Shown in pieces: positions 21,583-31,711 of a DNA stretch of 64,000 nt. The stretch covers positions 8,870 through 72,869 of the forward strand of contig JAUQQC010000012.1 in NCBI GenBank assembly GCA_030550025.1, in the 5' to 3' direction. The translations under genes were made by a program, and so were the position numbers. The stretch's first letter is position 1, and each line of letters starts with the position of its first letter. The DNA comes from Acidobacteriota bacterium. GTDB lineage: Bacteria; Acidobacteriota; Blastocatellia; HR10. Under the pieces are notes generated by a model. The model saw only the letters and a program-made list of their open reading frames with translations. It was not told the origin of the DNA and ran no database searches.

Positions 21583-22217
21583 CGTCGTACAGGAGACCGG
21601 CACATGTTGGACATGGGATGCTGATTGGCGCTTTCCTTGTCACCGTCGCCTATTTTCTGCTCAAGCTCGCCTACACACATTGGCTACCTGGAACGCTCAT
21701 CACGTTCGGGCTTCTCGCTGCGGGCTCCGCGTACGCACAGTGGGTCTGGAAGGCGCGCGTCCCTTGGTGGGTTCTCGGATCGCTCTTTCTGGCCGTGCAG
21801 GTGGATTTGCTCGGCAATCATTTCCACATGTACGGACGTCCGTTTGGCCCTGTACAGTACGACGAGTTCGCGCACATGATGGGATCGGGTCTGAGCGTGC
21901 CGGCCTTTATCTGGCTCTTCGCCGAAGTCGCGCACCGGCAAAGGCTCTCACTGTCACGGGGATGGATCGCGACGCTGGCGGTCTCGCTCAGCTTCTCGGC
22001 GGCTGCGATCTACGAGATCATCGAGCTGTGGGACGAACTCTACTTCGGCGGCCGGCGCATCTGGAGCCCGCACGACTGCCCGAACGATCTGCAATGGGAT
22101 CTGGGCGGGAAGATTTTGGGAGCGACGATCACCGTTCTCCTTTGGCGGAATGGCAAGCGCGGCGTCCTGGGACATGCTTCCGAGGAGTCCAAAGGCGGCA
22201 TCCCTCACGCGCCTTGA
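21579..22217 (+). CDS. Membrane protein, DUF2238-like
   Basis: TM helices with YDEFAH, YEIIE and DLQWDLGG, a putative metal-binding pattern. Confidence 0.6.
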   Translation: MTSYRRPAHVGHGMLIGAFLVTVAYFLLKLAYTHWLPGTLITFGLLAAGSAYAQWVWKARVPWWVLGSLFLAVQVDLLGNHFHMYGRPFGPVQYDEFAHMMGSGLSVPAFIWLFAEVAHRQRLSLSRGWIATLAVSLSFSAAAIYEIIELWDELYFGGRRIWSPHDCPNDLQWDLGGKILGATITVLLWRNGKRGVLGHASEESKGGIPHAP

Positions 22218-22238
22218 GATTTCGGAGGGGGTGAGACC

Positions 22239-23297
22239 ATGCGAAAGACGGCCGGGGAGATCGCGGAACTCGTCGGCGGTCGCCTGATTGGTGAAGCGAT
22301 GCGGGAGATCTCCGGCGTGGCGAGTCTGGAGACGGCGACCGAAGGGGAGATCGCTTTCGTGGAATCCGAGGAGTATCGCCCGCAGGCGGAACGCTCGCGC
22401 GCCGGATGCCTCATTGTCCCGGAAGGCTTTCATCTGCTGGGCAAGACGCTCATTGTGGTCGCGCACCCGCGTCGCGCGTTCGCCGACGTCGTTCTCCTCT
22501 TTCATCCACCTTCCCGTCCGGTGCCCGGCGTCCATCCGACGGCGATCCTTGGCGAAGGGGTCATCCTCGGCGAAGACGTGAGCATCGGCCCTTATGTCGT
22601 CCTCGAACGCGAGGTGCGCATTGGGGCGCGCACGTGGATCGGCGCGGGCGTCTACGTCGGCGCGCGCAGCACAATCGGCGAGGACTCGATCGTCCACCCG
22701 AACGTGACGATCTATCATGATGTGCACATCGGCGCGCGCGTCATCATCCACAGCGGGAGCGTCATCGGCAGCGATGGCTTCGGGTATTTCCTCGTCGAGG
22801 GGCGCTATCGGAGATTCCCCCAAGTGGGGAGCGTCATCATCGAGGACGAGGTGGAGATCGGTGCGTGCGTCTGCATTGATCGGGGGACGCTCGGGGCCAC
22901 GCATATCGGTCGGGGCGTGAAGATTGATAACCTCGTGCAGATCGCGCACAACGTGACGATCGAGGGGGATACGGTGATCGCTGCGCAAACGGGCATCGCC
23001 GGCAGCTCCTACGTCGAGCGCGGCGTGCAGATCGGTGGTCAAGTCGGCATCGCCGACCATGTGCGCATCGGCGCACGAGCGATCATTGGCGCGCAAGCCG
23101 GAGTTCCTTCGGGGAAGAAGATTCGCGCGGGGGAGTTCGTCTGGGGCACCCCCGCACGCCCGATGCGCGAATTCAAAGAACAGTACGCGCATGTGAGCCG
23201 TCTGCCCCAGCTGCGCCAGATGGTCGTCGCCTTGAGCGAACAGCTGGAGGAACTGCGGCGACTGGTCCTCGAAGAACGAGCAAAGAAGGATGCCTAG
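22239..23297 (+). CDS. lpxD: UDP-3-O-acyl-glucosamine N-acyltransferase
   Basis: Hexapeptide repeats; GSDGFGY and KIDNLVQIAHNV motifs. Confidence 0.95.
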   Translation: MRKTAGEIAELVGGRLIGEAMREISGVASLETATEGEIAFVESEEYRPQAERSRAGCLIVPEGFHLLGKTLIVVAHPRRAFADVVLLFHPPSRPVPGVHPTAILGEGVILGEDVSIGPYVVLEREVRIGARTWIGAGVYVGARSTIGEDSIVHPNVTIYHDVHIGARVIIHSGSVIGSDGFGYFLVEGRYRRFPQVGSVIIEDEVEIGACVCIDRGTLGATHIGRGVKIDNLVQIAHNVTIEGDTVIAAQTGIAGSSYVERGVQIGGQVGIADHVRIGARAIIGAQAGVPSGKKIRAGEFVWGTPARPMREFKEQYAHVSRLPQLRQMVVALSEQLEELRRLVLEERAKKDA

Positions 23298-23301
23298 ATC
23301 C

Positions 23302-23952
23302 CTACGGGGACGCAGCCTTCAGGCGCAGGAGGTGCGCGACAAGACTCGGCGAGAAGTACGCTTCGATCAACGCCGCGAGAACCAGGAGCACGTACGCCGC
23401 CACCACCACTTTGCCATAGGTGCTCGCTTCCCGCCACCAATCGACGCTCTGGCCGCGCGCCGCCTTGTAGACCCGAAATCCCAAGTGCACGCCCAGAGCA
23501 CCAACCGTGGCAAAGGCCGTCAGCTCCGGGATCCCATGCGGCAGAAGCGCCGCGAGCATCACCACAAGCGGTGTCCCCTGCTGGTGCGAGATCTGGGCGA
23601 GCAACCCGATGAAGTACCCAATCAAGAGCATCTCGGCCAACGAGAGCAAGCCCGCGGTCAAAATCCCTAACGTGAGCATCAGAAAGACGCGCGTGTTGTT
23701 CGTGAAGATGACATGGAAGGTGTGCTCCCCGCGAATGCTCTGCATGATCGTGACAGAGGCATGCACGTCCCGCTCGGGAAGGGACAGCTCAGGAAAGGGG
23801 ACCATGAGTCCAATCCCAAGGCCTACGGCCAAGGCAAGCGCCATGACGCCGAATCCCACAAGCACCCACCGCTTGTTCAGCACGCGCATCGTTCGCTCCG
23901 CTTCCCCATCGAGATCGGCGTGAGTATATTCGGGCGAAGGAGGACGCGTCAA
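23302..23952 (-). CDS. SpoIIM/DUF95 family membrane protein
   Basis: IFTNNTRV, LPHGIPE and AALIEAY motifs. Confidence 0.8.
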   Translation of the reverse strand: MTRPPSPEYTHADLDGEAERTMRVLNKRWVLVGFGVMALALAVGLGIGLMVPFPELSLPERDVHASVTIMQSIRGEHTFHVIFTNNTRVFLMLTLGILTAGLLSLAEMLLIGYFIGLLAQISHQQGTPLVVMLAALLPHGIPELTAFATVGALGVHLGFRVYKAARGQSVDWWREASTYGKVVVAAYVLLVLAALIEAYFSPSLVAHLLRLKAASP

Positions 23953-24050
23953 GAAGCCGCTTCATCCGGCGGGCGACGTGACAGGATTTCCGTGCTTGTT
24001 CTCTCGCATGCCTTCCGGTACACTACCGAGCGGATGAATGGGAGGGGTTC

Positions 24051-25721
24051 ATGCGAAGCGTGGGGATAATGGGGATGCTCGCGATGCTTCTCATGGCGCA
24101 CGTCGGACCGCTTCGAGAGGAAGCGGAACTCGTCTTGCTTGGCGGGCGAGTGTGGACGGGCGATCCGCGTCAGCCGCAGGCGGAAGCTGTGGCGATCGGT
24201 GGCGGACGCATTCTGGCCATTGGTCGAACGGAATCGGTGCGCGCTTTGATCGGCCCGCGCACGCAGGTTCTCACTGTAGAGGGGCGGCTTGTGCTCCCTG
24301 GATTCATAGACAACCACACGCACTTTTTGAACGGCGGATTTCACCTACTCAGCGTGGACTTGCGCGATGCGCGCGATCCGCAGGAGTTCGCTCGCCGGAT
24401 CGCCGAACGCGCGAAGGCGCTTCCGCCGGGGCGATGGATCACCGGCGGCAACTGGGATCACGAGCTGTGGCCGGGAGCACCTCTGCCGCGCAAGGAATGG
24501 ATTGACCCCTATACGCCGAATACGCCAGTCTTCGTCACGCGATTGGATGGCCACATGGGTTTGGCCAACAGCGTGGCCCTGCGCCAGGCGGGCATCACGC
24601 GCCAGACGCCAGATCCGCCCGGAGGGACGATCGTGCGAGATCCGCAAACGGGCGAGCCGACGGGCATTTTGAAAGACGCCGCCATGTCGCTCATCTACCG
24701 AGTGATCCCAGAGCCGAGCGACCACGAATATGACGAAGCCCTTCGCGCGGCGCTGCGCGAGGCCGCTCGCGTCGGCGTCACCTCAATTCAGGACATCACC
24801 GAGTGGGATCATTGGCCCGTCTATCGGCGCGCGCGCCAGCGAGGGGAGTTGACCGTACGCGTGTACGCGCGAACGCCGATCCCGCAGTGGGAGCGACAGC
24901 GCGAGCTGGTCGCCCGCGAAGGCCCGGGCGATGAATGGCTGCGGCTTGGTGGCTTCAAAGGCTTCGTGGACGGGTCGCTTGGCTCGACGACGGCTCTCTT
25001 CTTCGAGCCGTATACGGACGCCCCGCAGACCAACGGCTTGCTCCACAGTCAGATGTTTCCCGAGGGGGTCATGAAGCAGCGGATTGCGGCGGCCGATCGA
25101 GCCGGCTTTCAGTGCTCGATTCATGCCATTGGGGACAAAGCCAATGCGTTGCTGCTTGATCTCTTCGAAGCCGTCATTCGCGAGAACGGCCCGCGCGATC
25201 GGCGATTTCGCATCGAGCACGCGCAGCATCTGCGCCCGCAGGACATCCCGCGCATGGCGCGGCTGGGCGTCATCGCCTCCATGCAGCCATATCATGCGAT
25301 TGACGACGGACGCTGGGCCGAAAAGCGCATCGGGCACGAGCGCTGCAAGACGACCTATGCCTTTCGGTCGCTTCTGGATGCGGGCGTGCGCGTGACGTTC
25401 GGATCGGATTGGCCGGTCGCTCCTTTGAACCCTCTGCTTGGCATTTACGCGGCGGTGACCCGGAAGACTCTGGACGGCAAGAATCCGAACGGATGGTTCC
25501 CCGAGCAGAAGATCACGGTCGAAGAAGCCGTCCGCGCCTACACCGTCTGGGGAGCGTACGCGGAATTCGCCGAGGCCGTGAAGGGATCGCTCGAAGTCGG
25601 CAAGTTCGCCGATCTGGTCGTCCTCTCCCGCGACATCTTTGTCATCCCGCCGGATGAGATCGCTCAGGTCGAGGTGCTCTATACGATCGTCGGCGGGAAG
25701 ATCGTCTACGCCGCGCGCTGA
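24051..25721 (+). CDS. Amidohydrolase (YtcJ/Amidohydro_3 family)
   Basis: PGFIDNHTH, HAIGD, RIEHAQ and GSDWPV motifs. Confidence 0.92.
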   Translation: MRSVGIMGMLAMLLMAHVGPLREEAELVLLGGRVWTGDPRQPQAEAVAIGGGRILAIGRTESVRALIGPRTQVLTVEGRLVLPGFIDNHTHFLNGGFHLLSVDLRDARDPQEFARRIAERAKALPPGRWITGGNWDHELWPGAPLPRKEWIDPYTPNTPVFVTRLDGHMGLANSVALRQAGITRQTPDPPGGTIVRDPQTGEPTGILKDAAMSLIYRVIPEPSDHEYDEALRAALREAARVGVTSIQDITEWDHWPVYRRARQRGELTVRVYARTPIPQWERQRELVAREGPGDEWLRLGGFKGFVDGSLGSTTALFFEPYTDAPQTNGLLHSQMFPEGVMKQRIAAADRAGFQCSIHAIGDKANALLLDLFEAVIRENGPRDRRFRIEHAQHLRPQDIPRMARLGVIASMQPYHAIDDGRWAEKRIGHERCKTTYAFRSLLDAGVRVTFGSDWPVAPLNPLLGIYAAVTRKTLDGKNPNGWFPEQKITVEEAVRAYTVWGAYAEFAEAVKGSLEVGKFADLVVLSRDIFVIPPDEIAQVEVLYTIVGGKIVYAAR

Positions 25722-26741
25722 GTGCGAATCCTGATCATTCACGCTGGGGCTTTAGGAGACTGCCTGCTGACGCTGCCAGCTTTGGGCGCGCTCGCTCGGC
25801 GCTTTCCCGAAGCGGAGATCGAGCTGGCGGGATTTCCTTCGCCTCACGGCTTGCTTGAACGGCGTAGTCCCGTCAACCGCGTGGTCTCGATCGAAGCCCT
25901 TGGTCTCTACCGCGCCTTCACTGGGGAACTTCCCGAAGACCTGGCCGCCTATCTCCGGAGTTTCGACCTGATCATCTCCTGGTTTGGACACCAGGACGAG
26001 GCCTACTGTCGGGCCCTCGCCAGCCTCGGCCACGGCGAATCCGCGCCGCGCCTGCTTATTGCGAGCAGCCGACCACCGGCCGAAAGCTCCGAGCATGCCG
26101 TGGACTTTCTGCTGAGCACGCTCGCGCCCCTTGGGCTCACCATCGACGAGCGCACGCCGCGTCTTGCGCTCCTTGAGGAAGACCACGAAGCGGCCGAACG
26201 CATTCTGCACACCTTCGGGATCGGAACGGCCGATGACTCTCTTCGAGTTATCGCGATTCATCCGGGGAGCGGCAGCCAACGCAAATGTTGGCCTGTTGCC
26301 CGGTTCGCTCCCCTCATCCACGCACTCGATCGGCCAGATCGCCTCTTCCTCCTCATTGAAGGTCCGGCCGATCGTGACTCCGTCGAGCAGCTTCTGGAAC
26401 TATGTGTCCACAGGGACCGGGCGTACACGCAGCTACGTCTGGCCCGATTGAGGAACGCGCCCTTGCCCCATCTGGCCGCCGTCCTGGCGCGCTGTCATCT
26501 TTTCATCGGCAACGATTCCGGAGTCACGCATCTGGCAGCTTCTGTTGGCGCTCCCGTGGTCGCCCTCTTCATCGCGACGGATCCGGCGCGCTGGGGGCCT
26601 CGTGGGCGCGTGCACATCCTGCAAGGCGATCCTTCGGTCGAGGAGGTTCGCGCGCTGTGCGAGCGCGTGCTAGAGGCCACCGCTCTCACCAGAAGACCTC
26701 AATCTCGTACCGATCTGACCCGCTCTTCTTGTCCTCGATGA
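25722..26741 (+). CDS. Glycosyltransferase family 9 (heptosyltransferase-like)
   Basis: GALGD, IHPGSG..KCWP and GNDSGVTHLA motifs. Confidence 0.88.
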   Translation: MRILIIHAGALGDCLLTLPALGALARRFPEAEIELAGFPSPHGLLERRSPVNRVVSIEALGLYRAFTGELPEDLAAYLRSFDLIISWFGHQDEAYCRALASLGHGESAPRLLIASSRPPAESSEHAVDFLLSTLAPLGLTIDERTPRLALLEEDHEAAERILHTFGIGTADDSLRVIAIHPGSGSQRKCWPVARFAPLIHALDRPDRLFLLIEGPADRDSVEQLLELCVHRDRAYTQLRLARLRNAPLPHLAAVLARCHLFIGNDSGVTHLAASVGAPVVALFIATDPARWGPRGRVHILQGDPSVEEVRALCERVLEATALTRRPQSRTDLTRSSCPR

Positions 26742-27102
26742 GGATGCGGGCCGTGAAATTGTTCTCCCGCGTCGGTTGCTCCAGAATTTCGACCCGTCCG
26801 CGACCTCGGACCTTTCGCACACTCACGGTCACAGGTTCAGCCGGCAGCGGCCGCTCTAAGCGGAAATCGGCCTCCACAATCGGCTCGCCCTCCTCGTGGA
26901 TGATCCACACGATCCCTCGTCGGATGCAGAGGATGTCGCGTCCATCCACGCGCCCCCACCATCGCAAGCCACGCTGCGGTGGTTTCTCGGACACCCAAGC
27001 GGTGACCATGCTCGGCGCATGGGGGACGATGTCCCCGAGAGCCCAAACAGCGCCCAGACCAAGCGCCAGAAGCACTTGGAGCGCTCGCTCCCACACCCTC
27101 AT
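26686..27102 (-). CDS. Hypothetical exported beta-rich protein
   Basis: Signal peptide and RBS; W.GRVDG...GRGRV..LEQP..EN.F...I.D..SG...YE...W pattern. Confidence 0.7.
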   Translation of the reverse strand: MRVWERALQVLLALGLGAVWALGDIVPHAPSMVTAWVSEKPPQRGLRWWGRVDGRDILCIRRGIVWIIHEEGEPIVEADFRLERPLPAEPVTVSVRKVRGRGRVEILEQPTRENNFTARILIEDKKSGSDRYEIEVFW

Positions 27103-27263
27103 GTCTTTCCCCTTCTACCCCGAACTCGGCGATCGCCGGTATATTTTAGTCAAACGCCTGCCCCCTCCCGCACATCATAGGCGTACTCATCCGACACGTC
27201 GCCCCGCGACGGGGCGTCGAGCAAGACCATCTGTCCCCTGAAGCGAACAAAGCCGACATCGGC

Positions 27264-27292
27264 TTGACCCTTATGGGGGAAAGGGGTATACT
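27264..27292 (+). promoter_or_regulatory. sigma70 promoter of 6S RNA
   Basis: TTGACC-17 nt-TATACT. Confidence 0.8.
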
Positions 27293-27302
27293 CCCCCACG
27301 TG

Positions 27303-27496
27303 AGGGGCTTCTGCGAAGTTGGTGATGGTTGGCGAAGTTAGAGCCAACACGAGAACGTTGGGGAGGCCGATGCGAGGGACCTTATCAAGGTAGGCCCCGC
27401 CCAGGGAGCGGGGAAACCGACGATAAGGGCTAGGCCGCCCACCTGGAGAAATCCAGGTTCAACTGTCGCCACCACACGGCCAAGCGGAAGCCCCCA
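27303..27496 (+). ncRNA. ssrS: 6S RNA
   Basis: About 190 nt rod: ggggcttctgc (27304) pairs with gcggaagcccc (27484), tggcga pairs with tcgcca, and a 3' cccacc...ggttcaa motif is present; strong promoter upstream and ymdB downstream. Confidence 0.8.
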
Positions 27497-27526
27497 AGAT
27501 TTTTTTACTTCCGAACGGAGGTCCGT

Positions 27527-28300
27527 ATGCGCGTGCTTGCGATTGGGGACATCGTCGGGCGTCCGGGACGCCGTATCGTCCAGGAGAAGCTCCCGCAGCT
27601 GAGGCAGCAACTTGAGATCGAGTTCGTCGTCGCCAACGTGGAGAACGCGGCCGGCGGCTTCGGCATCACGCCCGATGTGGCGCAGGAGTTGCTGGCCGCC
27701 GGCATTGACGTGATGACCTCGGGCAACCACATCTTTGACAAGAAGGAGGTCTTTCAAATCATTGAGACCGAACCCCGGCTTTTGCGCCCGGCCAATTATG
27801 CGCCGGGGGTGCCCGGACGCGGCGTCTGGTCCGGTCGCTCCACGCGCGGACATCCGATCACAGTGATCAATCTGCAAGGGCGTGTCTTCATGTCTCCGAG
27901 CGACTGCCCGTTTCGGACGGTTGATGCCCTCTTGGCTGAGATTCGCGAGCCTCAGATCATCCTCGTGGACATGCACGCGGAAGCCACCTCGGAGAAGATC
28001 GCCATGGGGTGGTACCTGGACGGACGCGTGAGCGTCGTCTTCGGCTCGCACACGCATGTGCCGACGGCCGACGAGATGATCCTGCCTCAGGGCACGGCTT
28101 ACATTACCGATCTGGGCATGACGGGCCCTTACGATGGAGTGATCGGCATCAAACGCGAGCAGATTCTGGATCGGTTCCTCCGCGGGATGCCACAGCGTTT
28201 CGAGGTCGCTTCTGGCGATGTGCGTCTGTGCGGCGCCCTCATCGAAATTGACGAGGCGACCTATCGCGCCACGCACATCACGCGGGTGATGGTGAAGTGA
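27527..28300 (+). CDS. ymdB: TIGR00282/YmdB metallophosphoesterase
   Basis: [29 protein letters not shown] and HTHV motifs. Confidence 0.93.
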   Translation: MRVLAIGDIVGRPGRRIVQEKLPQLRQQLEIEFVVANVENAAGGFGITPDVAQELLAAGIDVMTSGNHIFDKKEVFQIIETEPRLLRPANYAPGVPGRGVWSGRSTRGHPITVINLQGRVFMSPSDCPFRTVDALLAEIREPQIILVDMHAEATSEKIAMGWYLDGRVSVVFGSHTHVPTADEMILPQGTAYITDLGMTGPYDGVIGIKREQILDRFLRGMPQRFEVASGDVRLCGALIEIDEATYRATHITRVMVK

Positions 28301-28342
28301 TCCCCCCTGAGGCGTCGGCGCTTCGCTGTGGTTGAAGAGGTC

Positions 28343-28371
28343 TTGCCTCACCTGAGGGGACGAAGTACAAT
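28343..28371 (+). promoter_or_regulatory. sigma70 promoter for skp-fabZ-lpxA-lpxI
   Basis: TTGCCT-17 nt-TACAAT. Confidence 0.6.
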
Positions 28372-28403
28372 GCCACTTTGTGAAACTATCGAGAGGGAGA
28401 CCT

Positions 28404-29084
28404 ATGAGAACGGTTGGACTTGTGATCGCCGTGCTGAGTTTGGGGTCTCTCGCGCCTATCTGGGCGCAAGGACAGCCTCAAGCTCAACCGCAAGGGGGGA
28501 CGCCGGCGTCGGTCCCCGTCGGACGTATCGCCGTGATCAACACGAACGCCTTCTTCGCCGATGATGGCATTCAACAGCTCCTTCAACAAGCGCGGCGAGT
28601 CAACGACATGTTCAAGGACAAGGAGGCGGAGCTGAATGCTCTCCAACAGCGGGTGGAGAGCCTGCGTCGGGAGCTGGAGACCCAAGGCCCAAACCTGACG
28701 CCACAAGCGCGCGCGGATAAGCAAGAGGCGCTTGAACAGCTGGAGCGAGAGTACCAGCGAAAGAAAGAAGATGCCGAGCGCGCGTATCAACGCGCCTTTC
28801 GAGATGCCATCGCACCGGTGCGCGAGCGAATCGGGGCTTTTCTGGAGACGTATGCCAAGAGTCGGGGGATCACCATCGTTTTGGAAGTCGCCAATCTCGT
28901 GCAGGCGGGCGGACTCGTCTACGTGGATCCGGCGGCCGACATCACGCGCGATTTCATCAACGAGTACAACAAGGCCAATCCGGTGACGACGTCCTCCGCG
29001 CCGGCATCTCCGAGCGCCGAACGCCCAGCTTCCGGGGCCCGATCGGCTCCGACATCTCAAAAGACTCCTCCGCGGAAACCGTGA
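28404..29084 (+). CDS. skp: OmpH/Skp periplasmic chaperone
   Basis: Signal peptide, IAVIN, coiled coil and DIT motif; upstream of fabZ. Confidence 0.85.
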   Translation: MRTVGLVIAVLSLGSLAPIWAQGQPQAQPQGGTPASVPVGRIAVINTNAFFADDGIQQLLQQARRVNDMFKDKEAELNALQQRVESLRRELETQGPNLTPQARADKQEALEQLEREYQRKKEDAERAYQRAFRDAIAPVRERIGAFLETYAKSRGITIVLEVANLVQAGGLVYVDPAADITRDFINEYNKANPVTTSSAPASPSAERPASGARSAPTSQKTPPRKP

Positions 29085-29162
29085 GGGCTCTCGTCTGCGA
29101 GTGCGGAGGGCCTTCTCTTTGAGGGCGACCATGGCGTCGTCCGCACAGGGCGTGGGAGAGCT

Positions 29163-29696
29163 ATGGAGACCGTATTCGATGCCGTGCAGATTCAGCAATT
29201 CCTCCCGCATCGGTATCCCTTCCTGCTGGTGGATCGCATCATCGAGTTCGAGCCGCGAAAACGGATCGTCGGCATCAAGAACGTGACTCTCAACGAGTTC
29301 TTCTTCCAAGGCCATTTCCCGGGAGCGCCGGTCATGCCCGGCGTGCTCGTGATCGAAGCCATGGCGCAGACGGCCGGTGTGCTCATGTACCACGAAGTGG
29401 CCGATGCGAGCAACAAGCTCGTCTTCTTCACGGGCATTGACAAGGCCAAGTTCCGGCGGCCCGTCGTCCCCGGCGATACCTTGCGATTAGAACTGACGGT
29501 CCTCAAGTTGAAATCCCGCTACATTCGGCTCCGGGGGGAAGCGTACGTGGATGGACAGCTTGTCGCGGAGGCTGAGATCACGTCCTCGCTGGTGGACATC
29601 AGCGCCGTTCGCAAGAACGCCGCCGCGCTTCAGGTCCCGGCGTTTCAGGCGGACGGCTCGCCCCATGCGGAGGACGCTTTGGGGGAGAGCGCGTGA
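29163..29696 (+). CDS. fabZ: 3-hydroxyacyl-ACP dehydratase
   Basis: LPHRYPFLLVD and GHFP..PVMPGVL motifs. Confidence 0.96.
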   Translation: METVFDAVQIQQFLPHRYPFLLVDRIIEFEPRKRIVGIKNVTLNEFFFQGHFPGAPVMPGVLVIEAMAQTAGVLMYHEVADASNKLVFFTGIDKAKFRRPVVPGDTLRLELTVLKLKSRYIRLRGEAYVDGQLVAEAEITSSLVDISAVRKNAAALQVPAFQADGSPHAEDALGESA

Positions 29697-30472
29697 GTGT
29701 CACCATTCATCCGACGGCCATCGTAAGCCCGCGCGCCGAGCTGGGCGAAGGGGTTCAAATCGGCCCCTATGCCATCATCGGCGATGACGTCATCCTTCAC
29801 GATCGCGTGCGCGTCGCCGCCCATTGCGTCATCGAAGGGCCGACCGAGATCGGCGAGGAGACCGTCATCTTCCCCTTCGCTTCGATCGGGCAAATCCCTC
29901 AGGACCTGAAGTACAAGGGCGAGCGCAGCCGCGTCGTCATTGGCCGACGCAATCGCATCCGCGAGTACGTGACGATCCATCGCGGTACCGAAGGCGGTGG
30001 GGGGATCACGAGCCTCGGGGATGACAACTTGCTCATGGTGCAAGCGCACGTGGCGCATGATTGCCGCGTCGGCAATCACGTCATCATGGCCAACGGCGCA
30101 TCCTTAGCCGGTCATGTCCTCGTCGAGGATCACGCGACGCTCGGCGCGTATGTCGGCGTGCACCAATTCTGCCGCATTGGGAAATACGCCTTTGTGGGGG
30201 CCTATGCGGTCGTGGTGAAGGACGTCCTGCCCTATTCCCTCTGCGCGGGGAACCACGCCCGTTGCTACGGGCCGAATACCATCGGGCTCCGTCGCAAGGG
30301 CTTCACCGCCCAGCAGAGGCGCGCCATTGATCGGGCGTTTCATCTGCTACTTTCGGCGAAACTCAACACGACGCAAGCGCTCGAGGCTATGCGACGGGAG
30401 CTCGGCCATGTCCCTGAAGTTCAAGACCTCATCGCCTTCATCGAGACCTCGCAACGAGGCGTCGTGAAGTGA
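29693..30472 (+). CDS. lpxA: UDP-GlcNAc O-acyltransferase
   Basis: PQDLKY, HVAHDC and HQFCRIG motifs. Confidence 0.96.
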   Translation: MSVTIHPTAIVSPRAELGEGVQIGPYAIIGDDVILHDRVRVAAHCVIEGPTEIGEETVIFPFASIGQIPQDLKYKGERSRVVIGRRNRIREYVTIHRGTEGGGGITSLGDDNLLMVQAHVAHDCRVGNHVIMANGASLAGHVLVEDHATLGAYVGVHQFCRIGKYAFVGAYAVVVKDVLPYSLCAGNHARCYGPNTIGLRRKGFTAQQRRAIDRAFHLLLSAKLNTTQALEAMRRELGHVPEVQDLIAFIETSQRGVVK

Positions 30473-31293
30473 GCCGGTCCGAGGACGAGCGGCGCTATGG
30501 CCTGATCGCCGGTAATGGGCGATTCCCCCTCCTTGTGCTCGAGGGCGCACGGCGGCGCGGGATCGAGATGGTCGTCGCCGCGATTCGCGAGGAGACGTCC
30601 CCGGAGATCGAGCGCCAAGCGCGCTTGGTGCGCTGGCTGGGCGTCGGGCAACTCGGCCACTTGATCGAGTTCTTCCGCGAGCAGGGAGTCACGCACGCCG
30701 TGCTGGCGGGTCAGGTCAAGCACGTGCAAATCTTCGGCCCCTCGCTCCCGGATTGGCGCATGGTGAAGCTCCTGCTGCGCTTGCCCGGCAAGAACACCAA
30801 TAGCCTGATCGGCGCCGTCGTCGCCGAACTGGAGCGCGAGGGGATCGAGGTCGTGGACTCGACGCTCTTTGTCACCGAGCTACTGGCCCCCGAGGGCGTG
30901 CTCACAGCGCGCGCGCCCTCACGGGCCGAGATGGATGACCTTCGCTATGGGCTGGAGATCGCGCGCGAGATCGCTCGCCTGGATCTCGGGCAAACGATCG
31001 CCGTGAAAGATCGCGCGGTCGTCGCCATTGAGGCGATGGAGGGGACCGATGCGACCATTCGTCGGGCCGCTGCGCTCTTGGGGGGGCGCCCATTCGTCGT
31101 CGTCAAAGTCGCACGCCCCAATCAGGACATGCGTTTCGATGTTCCCGTCATCGGTGTCCCCACGATCGAGACAATGATCGAATGCCACGCGACGGCCTTG
31201 GCTATCACGGCGCATAAGACGTTGCTCCTTGACCGGGAGGAACTTCTCACGCTCGCCAATCGGCGGCGAATTGCCGTGCTCGCCGTTCCCTGA
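30469..31293 (+). CDS. lpxI: UDP-2,3-diacylglucosamine pyrophosphatase
   Basis: GLIAGNGRFP, DLGQT, EAMEGTD and QDMRFDVP motifs. Confidence 0.93.
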   Translation: MSRSEDERRYGLIAGNGRFPLLVLEGARRRGIEMVVAAIREETSPEIERQARLVRWLGVGQLGHLIEFFREQGVTHAVLAGQVKHVQIFGPSLPDWRMVKLLLRLPGKNTNSLIGAVVAELEREGIEVVDSTLFVTELLAPEGVLTARAPSRAEMDDLRYGLEIAREIARLDLGQTIAVKDRAVVAIEAMEGTDATIRRAAALLGGRPFVVVKVARPNQDMRFDVPVIGVPTIETMIECHATALAITAHKTLLLDREELLTLANRRRIAVLAVP

Positions 31294-31577
31294 GGCCGCG
31301 TGTCCTTCACCTACAACCCCTCGTCGTTCGGGGATGCGCCCAGGACGGCTTGGACCTGACCTTCAATAGCCTCTGGCAGGACTTCCCACATCCGCCTCAT
31401 GGGCACGCGCAGGCGGCGCATGCTGAGCGGCGAAGGCCCAGTGAACCGTCGGAGCATTTGACGACGAGGAGGCACGACCCCTACCATTGTGACCGTGAAG
31501 GTTCTGGCGAGCGGTGAAGAGTACACAAGGGAGCGCTCACGAACAGGCTTCCGGCAAGCCTTGGATGTTCCAGGAGC

Positions 31578-31675
31578 GGAGGCGAATGGGGTCTGGTGAC
31601 TTCCCCGGGCTTCAAACCCGGTGGGCGATGGCGAGAGCCGACGCCGGTGGGTTCGATTCCCACGCGCCTCCGCCA
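31578..31675 (+). tRNA. selC: tRNA-Sec (anticodon UCA)
   Basis: 98 nt: GGAGGCG/CGCCTCC acceptor plus GCCA, 6-bp D stem with a TGGT loop, CCGGG-CTTCAAA-CCCGG anticodon arm, long variable arm, GTGGG-TTCGATT-CCCAC T arm. Confidence 0.93.
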
Positions 31676-31711
31676 GAGGTGTTTTGATCTCACCACGCCG
31701 TGACGAAGTGT

